DNA of 64,000 nt from Marsupella aquatica (taxonomy: Eukaryota > Plantae > Marchantiophyta), in assembly GCA_973895155.1 (NCBI GenBank), contig OZ316895.1:11887919-11951918 (forward strand), read 5' to 3'. Within the stretch, counting starts at the first letter, position 1; the number at the start of each line of letters is the position of its first letter. The position numbers and the translations under genes are program-made. Positions 1-11,533 of this stretch are shown piece after piece. The notes under the pieces were generated by a model. That model saw nothing but the letters and a program-made list of their open reading frames with translations, searched no databases and was not told the origin of the DNA.

Positions 1-6
1 AATCGC

Positions 7-588
7 ATGGCCTTTTCTGCTGGCGAGGCAAACTCCCCTCAGGCTGCAAGCAATAGAGGTCACACCTTCTCTGATCTGTCCGACTTACCTGAGACAAGCA
101 TGGTCAGAGGGCAGGAGTACCCCGACCAGAGCGGCGGTAGAGAGCAGTTGAAAGAATCTGATAGATATATGGACCCCAGAGACGCGTTCAGTGCCCGACA
201 GCAGCTGCGAGACGCTAGAGTGCTAGCCTCAGACATCCGATTTATGAAGAACGATCCACATCGCGAAACTAAATCGAGGAAAAACGATCCCCGTCGTCGT
301 GGTCATCCGGATCCATCGTTCAATCCTAGGCCGGGGGACATCATCATCCGTGCGAGGAAGAGGGCCGGCCTCCGCCTCACGGATTTCTATTACTACGATA
401 ACGAGAATTATATGGAACCTGGAGATCAGATTCTTCGAGCGAAGTTCGATTATTTGCCTCCAATGAGCAAGTTGTATTTGTGGTGTAGACTTTACGTGTA
501 TAGCGCCAACAATACCTACACGTTTTTAGATTCCACCTCCGAGTCGATTGAGAAGTTCGGACCAGCAGCCTTGCCGTCGGAACTCTAA
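7..588 (+). CDS. Hypothetical protein (193 aa) whose C-terminal domain is shared with ORF 4097-5647
   Basis: Uninterrupted ATG-TAA ORF. Its motifs PRPGDIII / YYD / EPGDQILRAKFD / LYVY match PRTGDIII / YYD / QPGDKLVRVKYD / LYLY in ORF 4097-5647. The 5' end lies at the window edge. Confidence 0.55.
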   Translation: MAFSAGEANSPQAASNRGHTFSDLSDLPETSMVRGQEYPDQSGGREQLKESDRYMDPRDAFSARQQLRDARVLASDIRFMKNDPHRETKSRKNDPRRRGHPDPSFNPRPGDIIIRARKRAGLRLTDFYYYDNENYMEPGDQILRAKFDYLPPMSKLYLWCRLYVYSANNTYTFLDSTSESIEKFGPAALPSEL

Positions 589-674
589 GGAATTTCTAAA
601 GTGGGAAACTTTCACGGGGAATCCAGGGAAACATCAAGGAGCAAAATTCTTGCGTTGCCAACAGGCCTGATTAG

Positions 675-853
675 TGCCTGAACGTCGACCAATCTTGAGG
701 TACTCTTTCGTCCAATGCCTCACTTGGTTTATTATTGCCTGAACGTCGACAAATCTTGAGGTACCTTTTCGTCCAATGCCTCACTTGGTTTATCATTGCC
801 TGAACTTCGACAAATCTTGAGGTACCTTTTCATCCAATGCCTCCCTTGGGTTT
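675..853. repeat. Tandem repeat, 3 x 61 bp
   Basis: The unit TGCCTGAAC(G/T)TCGAC..AATCTTGAGGTAC..TCCAATGCCTC starts at 675, 736 and 797. Confidence 0.9.
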
Positions 854-3800
854 AAGAAGCGTAGTCTGCTACGTACGTACTCAAAGAGGTATCTGAGCCT
901 GTATCTGACCAGACCAAATCTTCTGGAATCAAGCGGTTCGAGACCAATAGAGTTGGAATCGAGCTGATTCTAAACTCATTTTCGATGAGCTCAATCATAT
1001 CTCCTGAAATTTTAGAACTTTATTCTGATCACGGTGAATGTGTTCACCAGTTACGAGGCTTCTCACATCCAAATATGGGCTTCAGTTCCTTGGAGCTGAC
1101 CAGATCGGTACACTTTAGGACTAAATCTTAGCTAGCTGTGCACACCCCAGGCATGTAGACGGAACGCAGGAGTGGGTTAATTGGGTTTAAAATCCCAGTC
1201 CGGGGCTCGTTCCTCACCATCCACTAGCCTCCAGCAAATTAAAGGTGCCCAATTCAGAAGATTCTCAGCATATTATGTGTACTCTCTGTGGAAATTTCGA
1301 GGATGGATTTTTTGAGAACTAGCTCAATTCATTCATGCAGGTCAAACTTGATGCGGAATGTTCAGCATATCTCTGAGAACTGGTTCGAATTATGACCTGG
1401 TTCAACAAAATATGACCCACATCCTGGTCAATGCTGGGGAAAATTTAACAAAAGCTCTGAGATTATTCGATCTTGTTGTTGGGACGGCTATAATTCTTTT
1501 ATTGCACAATCTTTGGTCAGTATATCTGATCCGCAACAATAGCCATGTGAATAGTAGAGCCACGAATTAATTTAACATGATTTTGCGTGATAGTCCTCAT
1601 TTAACACCCTTTAAGGCATCCTGGTTTAAGCTACAGACTCGCAGTTGTAGAGAAACGCTGGGGGGAGTCACCACTCTCAGTCTCTTCAGACTCTCAACTC
1701 ACAGACCGTCAAAGTTACATCGATCAAGATTGTCTGTAGCTAGCAGAATCTCTGGTCAGCCTGCTGAGAGTATATGAAAAGCTAATTCCAGGGAAGTCAA
1801 ATCAGGCCTGCGGTAAGGGAACCCCCTGAGATAAAATCAAGGGTTGTATTTTTCAGTCCGAGACAAGTTTGAGAAAATTCACCACAAGATGGAACAATTT
1901 TCATATCATTGGATAAAGAGCACAAATTTGAAAGTGACTGACTGATCGATGTAGTCACAGACTGGACTTCCACTTTCGTTTTAGTGGCAGCCGATGACTC
2001 TATCAAGTACAGTATACAAATTTGCCATTCTGCTCTGGACTGGTAAACCGGTATATTTAGCTGTCACTCTCCTCTTTGAAGTCTTCTTTGAAGTTGGCAC
2101 ATAAGGTTTGAGAAATTAGTGTCCAGCTCGAGTTATTCTCAGGGTTAAGAAGTAATATGCATGACAATTTGCTGGCACACCAATCAGCCTTCATAGTTAC
2201 TTTAGACACATATCAATATGACAGGATTTCGCAGATTTTTTTGGTTCTTATCTACTGACAGAACGATTGTCTGAGCCCGAGTGCTTACTTCAGATTCATA
2301 GACCTATGTCGAGTGTCAGACCTTTTGGAATATAAACATGCTCGTTTGTCCTGCGCGGTCGTAATTAGGATCAGCCCAGACTGTATAATTTGTGTCATGT
2401 CAGGATCCGAAGGACCTCTCTCAAGAGATTCAACTCCGATCTGGAATGGTATTAATATCGTGCTCGTGGCACGTGCTTCCTACGTACTTGAAGAAGTCTA
2501 TTTGGATCCCGATCTAGAGATGATATTCACATGGGGACGGACATTACATGCCTGGAGAGATGTGAAAAAAGACTGAGTACTTGGGAATTGGATCATTGAA
2601 CTTTCAGCTCTCTGGCCATGCATATATCTTTTCTAAGCACAGTCTGAGCTCGAGGTAATGATGCGCTGAGCGACCATCATTTTCTTTCCAAGGAAAGCAT
2701 TAATCACATCTTGGAAGAATCCCATACCTGGAGAACGAAGATTGATCCAAGGACCGTAACATTTGATGGCTGAACGTACGACTGCCATCGGATATATATT
2801 GCAATCGAAAATCTTATTCAGTTTTCCGAGCTTGAGATATCAAGTATTTTACGGAACCAGGTATGCAAATATTGTTGTCCATTCATTTCCGCCTCACTGT
2901 TGTTGAACTAGCTTGTTGGGACTTGGGTCCTCGACGACGACCTTCAATGGAGAGGTGCGTCTATTATCTATTATTAATCCAGCTTGAAATCTCCTTACCT
3001 TTTGGCAGAGTCCACGCTCTCTAACTTAAGTTTCTAGATTGGTTGAGCTACTGCGATAAGATGCAATTTAGAGCCCGTACGTGTAGTACGAATGAGCACA
3101 AGGGCGCACTCCCGGACTCTCTGTTGAGATGAAACTTCAAATAGAGGGATCAATTTCATCCACATTCCAAGGTACTAAAATGCAGACTCCTTCGGAGCAC
3201 TAAGGCTGCGAGCTGGATGGTCAACTATGTAAGCTAGTCGGCATGATTTGGAAGGTCAGAGTCGCTCTTAAACTAGAGGCAGGCAGTACGTCCTAGGGTG
3301 GTGCAAAACCATCGATTCCGACTCGCAAAAGTTCTGCCGGGCACATAGTTTCAGACAATTGAGTGGACTGAAAGTGACGTCGAACACTACCGCAGAATTT
3401 CCAGAGTAGAGCTTGTACGTAGATGGATTACCCTGGTTGAGATACTAATTGAGTGGAAATGAAAATATTCGCCCTCGAGAAGGTTCAGCAACTCGAAGCC
3501 TATTGTGAATCGTTTGGAGGTTCTCATTATCTCAAATCAACATCTGAACATTGCTCCAAGTCGTACGTACCGTGTGGGTTGCTATTGGCTATTGTCTTAA
3601 AGCAAGTTCATCAGCACGTATGCGCCATCCAGTTGCGGTATTGACTTGCTTAGCTCAGAATCAGCAAAGTAGGTCACTCCCGAAGACACAAACCCAATAT
3701 TCACCACACATTCCACGTGAATTTTTCGATGAACGAATGACAAGACTTCGACTACTCAGTCCAGGCATCTTGCACTCGATTTTGGCAATTCTGGCCTTCA

Positions 3801-4020
3801 TTTGTCATTTTCCCTGCTCAATTGAAGAGGTGTGTCTGTTACCAAGAGACACCGGCCTAAGTAATTGGGTCAGCAAATATGCGTTACACCAAGTTAACGT
3901 ACTTGTAATAAAGACGAGTAGAACAGACCTCGTTTCTTAAACTCGGCGTATATTCTTCATGAAATTTGGGGGACACATCTTCCCAGTCGTTAGCAAATAA
4001 TCATGTTGAGTAATTGGCAT
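852..4020 (-). pseudogene. Putative decayed multi-exon gene with very short introns; product unknown
   Basis: Candidate minus-strand GT..AG introns at 3857-3902, 2961-2998, 2728-2779, 2441-2487, 1826-1882 and 1658-1702. Removing them gives protein-like frames (e.g. DFRLQYISDGSRMGFFQDVINAFLG; YENCSILWGFPYRRPDLTSLELAFHIL) interrupted by scattered TAA/TGA. Candidate ATG at 4020 and TAA at 852-854. Confidence 0.4.
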
Positions 4021-4096
4021 TTTCCTTCTTAGAAGCCTTCTTCTCGAATAAATATAAATCTGCTTTGGCCCTCGAGGATCGGTTTCGCTCCAATTA

Positions 4097-5647
4097 ATGG
4101 CAGGCCGCCACGGAGGGCGAGGTCACATCCCTGAAGATGGGAACTCACCGGGAAACTCACTCGAGTCAATTGCGAGCTCTATGTCTCCAGCGGCACGTAA
4201 TTCTCGTCCACATCATCCCACTGTAGCCTATTATAGATCTCATGGTAGATCTCGGCCAGGCTTTGTTGACGATGAGGAGTGGGAGCAGGAACATGCTAGA
4301 TCTCGGCCAGGATTTGTTGACGATGAGGAGTGGGAGCAGGAACATGCTAGATCTCGGCCAGGATTTGTTGACGATGAGGAGTGGGAGCAGGAACATGCTA
4401 GATCTCGGCCAGGATTTGTTGACGATGAGGAGTGGGAGCAGGAACATGCTAGATCTCGGCCAGGCTTTGTTGACGATGAGGAGTGGGAGCAGCAACATCG
4501 TAGATCTCGGCCAGGCTTTGTTGACGATGAGGAGTGGGAGCAGCAACATCCTAGATCTCGGCCAGGCTTTGTTGACGATGAGGAGTGGGAGCAGCAACAT
4601 CGTAGATCTCGGCCAGGCTTTGTTGACGATGAGGAGTGGGAGCAGGAACAGGACTACAAGTTTCGAGCAGGAGCGAGCAATGACAACCCCTTGTATGAGG
4701 TTGAGGAAGAGGAAAACCGACTTCCAGACCCTTCTGCGTCCAGGCAAGGCCAGGCAAGTCCGAACTACAACCCTCTCTATGGAAACGATCCCTTCAAGCC
4801 CACCATATCGGCTGCGGTTTGCATGACTGGGTTCTTGAAGCCCAAGCCGGGTTCACCCCAGAGCTCAGGATACTGTAGCCCCGGATACAGCTTGGTCAAA
4901 GGTCAATCCAATTCCCGGCAGGCTACTAGTGGCTCGCCCCAGGGCTCACACCAGAGCCCAGGATACAGCCCCGACTACAGCTTTTATGAACGTCAATCCA
5001 ATCCCCGACAGTCCAACATCAAGAAATCCACTGACGAAGACGACGCTCCGACGAGCAGAAGGCGCCGGACGCCTGAACGCTCTCCTCCACTACGACGGGC
5101 TGTTGGAAAGGGATTATTCCAAGCAACACAAGGGGATCAGCCCATCGTGAGTTATCCACCGGCACGCTTTTCTCCTGTATTGCCATCTTCTAGACTTGAC
5201 TCAGATACTAATCCAATTGATTCCAGTCCCAAAGGCAAGCGGCTAAAGCAGACCCCGGCTTTGCCCATTCCACAATCCCAATCTGCTGCACCGAATATAG
5301 GCGACCTGATTGCAGCTGTGAGGTCGGACAAGAATCTTCTCCTAGGGGAAGTGAGGAAACAGGCCAACAGAGAGCCCCGCGTTCCTGGGGACCATGACAG
5401 GTATTTTTATCCTAGAACGGGAGACATCATCATCCATTTCACTCCAACTCTCGATGACAACAAGCTTCTCGAGTACTATGATGGGCAGAAGTCGATGCTA
5501 CGCTTGCAACCTGGAGACAAGCTGGTGAGAGTGAAGTATGATAATTTCAAACTCCCTGACCACTTAATGATCACGTCCAAGCTCTACCTCTATGCTCCTG
5601 AGTGGGTTTACTTGGGCAAAGCACTTCAGACCATCAAAACTGCTTAG
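4097..5647 (+). CDS. Hypothetical protein (516 aa): 8 x 17-aa acidic repeat, S/P-rich linker and C-terminal domain shared with ORF 7-588
   Basis: Long intact ORF with TATAAAT about 40 nt upstream, an in-frame 51-bp repeat and a paralogous C-terminal domain. Confidence 0.7.
   Translation: MAGRHGGRGHIPEDGNSPGNSLESIASSMSPAARNSRPHHPTVAYYRSHGRSRPGFVDDEEWEQEHARSRPGFVDDEEWEQEHARSRPGFVDDEEWEQEHARSRPGFVDDEEWEQEHARSRPGFVDDEEWEQQHRRSRPGFVDDEEWEQQHPRSRPGFVDDEEWEQQHRRSRPGFVDDEEWEQEQDYKFRAGASNDNPLYEVEEEENRLPDPSASRQGQASPNYNPLYGNDPFKPTISAAVCMTGFLKPKPGSPQSSGYCSPGYSLVKGQSNSRQATSGSPQGSHQSPGYSPDYSFYERQSNPRQSNIKKSTDEDDAPTSRRRRTPERSPPLRRAVGKGLFQATQGDQPIVSYPPARFSPVLPSSRLDSDTNPIDSSPKGKRLKQTPALPIPQSQSAAPNIGDLIAAVRSDKNLLLGEVRKQANREPRVPGDHDRYFYPRTGDIIIHFTPTLDDNKLLEYYDGQKSMLRLQPGDKLVRVKYDNFKLPDHLMITSKLYLYAPEWVYLGKALQTIKTA
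4247..4654 (+). repeat. Coding minisatellite, 8 x 51 bp (RSRPGFVDDEEWEQ[EQ]Hx)
   Basis: Near-identical units AGATCTCGGCCAGG(C/A)TTTGTTGACGATGAGGAGTGGGAGCAG, read directly from the sequence. Confidence 0.95.
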
Positions 5648-7249
5648 GCCACAGTCTGTAGCTCACTTGCTGATTCTCCCAACCATCCCAACCATCTCTG
5701 TTGGGATGGGGAAGGAATTGATTTACTATGATACAAAAACCAAATGTAGCTTTTTTTAAATCAAGCCATGTTACTAAACATGGGGCCAAAAGGATGCAAA
5801 ATCTGGTGCATGAGTCAGTCAGACCTCGACTCGACAGGAGTCACTGCCCTTAATGTTTTGCCTTGAAAGATTCGACTCAATGCCCTTAATAAACCAGAGA
5901 CATTGCAGGACAGAGAAATTCCGAGGGGGAGTTTTAATACGCACATTGTGCAGGTTGCAGATCACTATCGCTTCTAGCTAACTATTTCGATAGTTATTCT
6001 GGACGAAAGTTCCTGAGAAAGTGATTTATTGTTGCCTATTGGGTCCGCCATTTTATGTTGCTCGTATTCTGGCTCTGGCTATCACACAGAATGTGAAGAC
6101 ATGACACTGTAGGTCCTCATATCTCCGAATGGTACCTACTGTCGTGGATCCGCGTAAGTGTAGAGTTTGCTCTACATTATGGGCAATTTGGCAAATTTTC
6201 ACCACTAAGAAGAATCTCCATCAGCTGCACATGTACTCACACAATGACTTTGAAGGGCATAGAAACAATGAAATTTCTCAACCAGATTAAGGTTACTTTA
6301 CTTGACTGTTCTTTGGCGAGAGTAGTTTTGGGCCCAATCCTTCCCTGGAAAGACAATGTCCTGAGCCTTTTGTGCATCATTTTGCCATGGGATATGTCTG
6401 CCTTGATAAATTTGCTATCCCTGATTCTTGCTCGACAGAATCCGAGCTCCCAGAGGAATGTTCAAGGCTGTCAAATTTATGTGAATCAGTGTGTGGTGAT
6501 CTTAGAATTGCACGATTTGCACATCATGGTACAATTGGTTGGCTCATTGGGTGAAACTTTGTAGGAGACATCGGGGTAGACATACATACGGCAATCTCAA
6601 ACCTTGTTTTCGGGGGGTCTCGAACGCAATTTGACAAGGGTATCTAAAACTTCAAGTTGCAATATCCTCAACTTTCAGTTGCGGCTTACAGCCCAATATG
6701 TTATAGACTAGGAAATCTGTGATCCATAGTTACTTCAATAAGCCACGTCCGTAAGTGGTTGCCGCAACGTTGCTGCTTAGACAACACAAAAAAGAAAATG
6801 GACGAAAAATCATGTGACCGCACAAAAGTTTTTGACCCGTCTGCTGCTCCCAAAGCCTTCCTTGCAACTTCCAAGGATAAACACCCAATTTACATCACGT
6901 CAGCTTGGTTTTGATGGAAGCCTTCAATAAGTGGTAACGTACGAGAGATAGTGTGACTGGTGGAGGCGAATTGACTTTAGGAAATCCGTTTCTAAGTTGA
7001 TTGTAATTTCTGTGTCTACCTTCATTTGGTTTAATTGTTGAATAGTTAGAAAAGACCCTACTTACATATTTGATACATCACACTGAGTAAATGAGTATTA
7101 GAAACTTTGTCCTTGCTTTGCTAGCCACATAGGATGCAGGAGGGGCCCTATGGAAGCTTATTTTCCTTTCCAGCAGGCAGAGAAAACTCTAGTAGAGTAA
7201 CCGTGCAACTGGTAGGCCAGCTCTAGCAGTGGAAACTCCATTTTTATAC

Positions 7250-7407
7250 GAGAGATATGCTTGATGGACCCCTAAATTGAAATGTCGTACTTGATAGACC
7301 CCATGAGCTTTTGGGTACATTAATTTGAGATCTATCAATGGTCTGGATCACTCATGGGTCCATCAAGAAACACTTTGCATTTTAAGGGCCCATCAAGTAT
7401 CTCTCTG
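7250..7407. mobile_element. Mutator-like MITE (~160 bp foldback)
   Basis: Imperfect ~55-bp inverted arms (GAGAGATATGCTTGATGGACCC... / ...GGGCCCATCAAGTATCTCTC) flanked by a duplicated TTTTTATAC (7241-7249 and 7409-7417). A 9-10-bp TSD is typical of MULEs. Confidence 0.65.
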
Positions 7408-10109
7408 ATTTTTATACCAAAAGAAAAGGTACCAAAATGGGCACACGGGCCGAGCCAGAGCACTGAAGAGAAGCACAAAAGGCTCACCCCAAGAGCAGCC
7501 AGGAGCAGGCACAAACACTGGCTGACAAACAGAGAAAGGGCGCCCTGACTGTGGTAGTTTGCTATGGTAGCTTTCATGCAAAAACCTTTTGTCATGGCTT
7601 CTCTTATTGCTACAATTAACTTCAAGCTCCACTATGGGCATCCAAACAATGAACATTACTAAGCTTTACCAAAGCTAACTAAGTTTAAGTACAATAAAAT
7701 TCTTGGCCTAACACAGAAACAATGGAGAACTGTGTACCTTTAATTGGAATAATATTGCTCGTCAGATATTTATTGAAATGAAGGGGATTCAGCTGGTAAT
7801 TTAAAACATAGAGATGGCACCGTTGTAATAACTGATAAGTGGAAGGTATTTGGGAATTTCTGTCAAGAGTAATATTCAAAGACTGATGTCTATTGATGAA
7901 ATTTCCAAATTTGGCCTAGTATAGTCGAACCATACAAGTTGAAGCCAGTACAGACCTTGCCTATATACCATGCAATTAGGATGGACCTTGCCTGCTTGAC
8001 AGTAACGAGGATGAAAACGGGGATGGAAAAAGGCAGAAAAAGGCATCAACTGGTTGCCTTACCGGTGAGGACATCTTGAAACCAGTCTTGCATTAGAATC
8101 CAAATGTGATCAATATCAACCGGAAATTGGTTTGTTTGAAAGTCCATTAGAAGCCCAATCAAATGAGCTAAAGTGAGTCTTGAGATTTGAGTGGTTGTGG
8201 AGAAATTCAACATAAAAAAATGATCATCTGAGTATACTCCCCAGTACATTACATCTATATTGTCAAGCATGCTGTACTATCTGAGAATATTTCAATGTTT
8301 TAGATACGGTAAACATTCATCCAGGCATATCAGCAAACTTTGAGATCTTCCCCAGCATCATGTTCCCCAAACCAACACAGCCCGGCAAACGGATACAGTA
8401 TACCTTAGTGCCATCCTGCTTCGCTCAGGACCTGAGCAAACTAAATATCAGTCAAATTTATTTCAAAAAAAAGCATAATGCTACAAAAGTATTCTCCTCT
8501 TTTAGTTATTTAAATTTGGGCCCATTTCTTTCTTTCCTGGGTGGCATTCATCCCCTTGCTTGTTATTGATGGCCCTCGCGCCCCTTTTTAATTTAATTTT
8601 TTAATTAATTTTAAAAATATTGTATCCAATAAAAATTCAGTATGTATATACCAGGATGCTTTAAATTGGCATGAAAACATTATATCTAGGCTTCACAAGC
8701 ACCCCAAAACATTTTGCTATTCAGCCCCAAATTTTCATAATTGCAGATTTATTGCACAATCCTACTTGTGGAAAGTAAGCCTTGATGGACTGGTGGGTTG
8801 GCTCTAAGCCTGTTTCAGTGGTATGGTCTTTTCTAGCTCTCAAATCCACAAAAGCTAAATGTCCATTTTCAATTGATAAGATTTTCTTCATTTTTTTTGG
8901 CCTAAAAACAAATTAATTGAATTTCATTCTAAAAGCCAGCATACAACAGGGGGCCAAAAAAGAGGCAACACATGGGGGACCAAAGGTTGAGGTGCCCCAG
9001 AACTAGAGAGCCCGGCACCAGGAGGGAAGCAAGACCAAAGGCAGCCAAACACGCAATTCAGCTACTGCAGAAGGAGTGACACACTCCCAGGACAGGTAAG
9101 AGATTCAGGGCTACAAGTCCATGGAAAGTCATTAATGACTCTCCGTACCCACTGCCCGTCGGCTGCTGCCCAAAGTATACGTGATGAAAAAAGGTTAGGT
9201 ACCAAAAATACGTTCAAGCACCTTATTCATGCCGCATGCAGGCTCTAACATAGTGGTAGGTTGGAATAGGGAGGCACAGGTGCGGGGTTCAAATACTCCA
9301 AAAGGTGATCTCCTTTTCGCACAATGTCATGCATGCATAGGGACAGTGCCTCTTATATACATCGGCCTGTACCTTGCCTGCCTGCTAGGTATGTAGTTAG
9401 GGTCAGTACTTGAGTTAGGTTGCACATGTTCTTGAAGCAAGTTTAGGTCGTTCTTGGAAAAAACACACTTGTTAGGAGAACGCATGGACTTAGCTTGTTT
9501 AGGGCATGTTTCTCTTTATTGTTTCCAGTTCTTCTTGAATCACTGTTGAGGGTAGAGTTTTCAGACAATGCTCATCGATTCCGTACACGAGACTTAGACA
9601 ATGATTTGTTAGATGCTCCCGATAGATCTTGGCATCCCACCAATTTTCAGTTTGATTTAGGTACGTAATTTGTTTCTATTACGCCTTTTATATACAGAGG
9701 TTTACACCTCCACGATATACATACCATCTCATTTGTTTTTCTTGTTTACTTGTGAATTTGATGAGACTTTTTATTTTGCATGTTGGTTGCTAGCGACTTA
9801 CACATATACATTGCTGATGACTGATCTGTTTTCCAATACACTATGGCATCTATACTATATGTCACGACAACAAATTCTACCAACTGTGGGGTTCAGACCA
9901 AACTTTTGTGATACTTTAAAAAATGTTTATTTTTGGTTTTCGTGGGCAGCGGCCTGGCAACAAACATAGGAAAGCCATTAATGACTTTGCAAGGACTCGT
10001 CTCCTTGAGTCCCGGTTTGATGTGACGAGCAACTTGCCGAGTTGCCAGGCATGTAAACTCGGCATTTGCTAGCCTGAAATGCTCTCATTTGATGCATATT
10101 CGCCGTTAT

Positions 10110-10845
10110 TCCCCGGCTCGGCCCGAACTTCTCCCGGCCTCTTCCCGGACCCGGACCGGCCCCCCTACCTCTCGTCACCCGGCCCCGGCCCCGGCTTTAC
10201 GCCCCGGCTTTACATCCCGGCCCGGCCCGGGAGGAGGAGGCCCGGGGCGGGGGAGGGAGGAGGCCCGGCCAGGGAGGAGGAGGCCCGGGTGGGGGGAGGA
10301 GGAGGCCCGGCCCGGGTGGAGGGGGGCCCGGGTGGGGGGGGGAGGAGGCCGGGTGGGGAGGAGGACGAGGCCCGGGTGGGGGGAGGGAGGAGGCCGGGTG
10401 GGGAGGAGGACGAGGCCCGGGTGGGGGGAGGGAGGAGGCCCGGCCCGGGTGGGGGTGGGAGGTGTGGGGGGGGAGGAGGCCCGGGTGGGGGAGGAGGCCC
10501 GGGTGGGGGGGAGGCAGGAGGAGGCCCGGGTGGGGGGAGGGAGGAGCGCGGGGGAGGAGGGGAGGAGGCCCGGCCCGGGTGGAGGGAGGCCCGGGTGGGG
10601 GGAGGGAAGACACGGCCCGGGTGGGGGGGGAGGAGGAGGCCCGGAGGTGGGGGGAGGGAAGACACGGCCCGGGTGGAGGGAGGCCCGGGTGGGGGGGGGA
10701 GGAGGCCCGGCCCGGGTGAAAGGAGGCCCGGGAGGAGGGTGGAGGGAGGCCCGGCCCGGGTGGAGGAAGGTCCGAGTGGAGGAGGGAGGGAGGCCCGGCC
10801 CGGGTGAAGGGAGGGGCGGGAGGAGGGAGGAGGGAGGCCCGGCCT
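10110..10845 (+). repeat. Left subterminal GC-rich array of the hAT element (GGCCCGGGTGG(G)nAGGAGGA-type units)
   Basis: Dozens of GGCCCGG motifs and G-runs; almost pure G/C/A on the + strand. Confidence 0.85.
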
Positions 10846-11533
10846 AGGTTAAGGAAAGATAAGCCCAGGTTTTAGAGTTGTGGATAAACTCGATTGGGAT
10901 AAGCGATATCTGCTAATTTGGGGTTGTGTGGATTTCTCGCCTATCTAGTATTTCAACCCCGCTAAATATAGAATGTTTCTCCATTCTAAATTGTATAAAA
11001 CTTTGAGTTTTTCTCATTAGACACACTTCACTAAAAGTAGAGCACTCTATGTAAAGAGATAGAGAAGACTTTTGTGCGCGCGTGCTTGGAGGTTTTACTC
11101 GGCATGTGGTAATCCGCATAATAATTAAATTCTTCTTATCCCTTAACAATTTAGTGGTACTTGTGGGTATTGTGAAACAAATTTCGACAATGTTGATATT
11201 CATGTACACATGTTTGGAGCTAAAGCTTGCCATGTGATATTTTACATGATTATCACTAATTGTCTCATATGTTTTCACTATATCGGCAAATGCTCATTAA
11301 ATTATAAATATCACATACGTCGGATAGGAATGTTAACAGCTAGAAAACAAAAGAGAACCGTTGTGCGCATGTTTGGAGTTTGACTTGGCGTGTGATATTT
11401 CACAGTAGTTTTTTTTCTCATTTTATTGTTGTTACTTCAAAAGACTAACAAATAATCATTCAATTTTTATTAAGTGACTATGTTTAGCGACGTATAAGAA
11501 GACACTTTGTGTGTAAAGTTCTTGTTTTCGATC

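Noticed and set aside
675-853. CRISPR-like appearance of the 61-bp, 51-bp and ~100-bp arrays
   Set aside because: Units are contiguous with no unique spacers, there are no cas genes, and the context is eukaryotic.
4166-4826. Overlapping repeat ORFs 4166-4747 (-) and 4242-4826 (+)
   Set aside because: Shadow frames of the 51-bp repeat within the longer 4097-5647 ORF.
7660-8420. Possible LINE remnants here and at ~31700-34000
   Set aside because: Composition is suggestive, but I could not read any diagnostic RT or endonuclease motif.
9161-9954. Possible TIR pair GGCTGCTGCCCA / TGGGCAGCGGCC and a tRNA-like A/B-box stretch at 9241-9300
   Set aside because: Only 12 bp with a mismatch and no TSD; no cloverleaf can be folded. 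It may be an old MITE/SINE but is unsupported.
10079-10847. Gly/Arg/Pro-rich ORFs of 138-252 aa on both strands
   Set aside because: Artefacts of the stop-free G/C subterminal array of the transposon; open in many frames with no coding signature.
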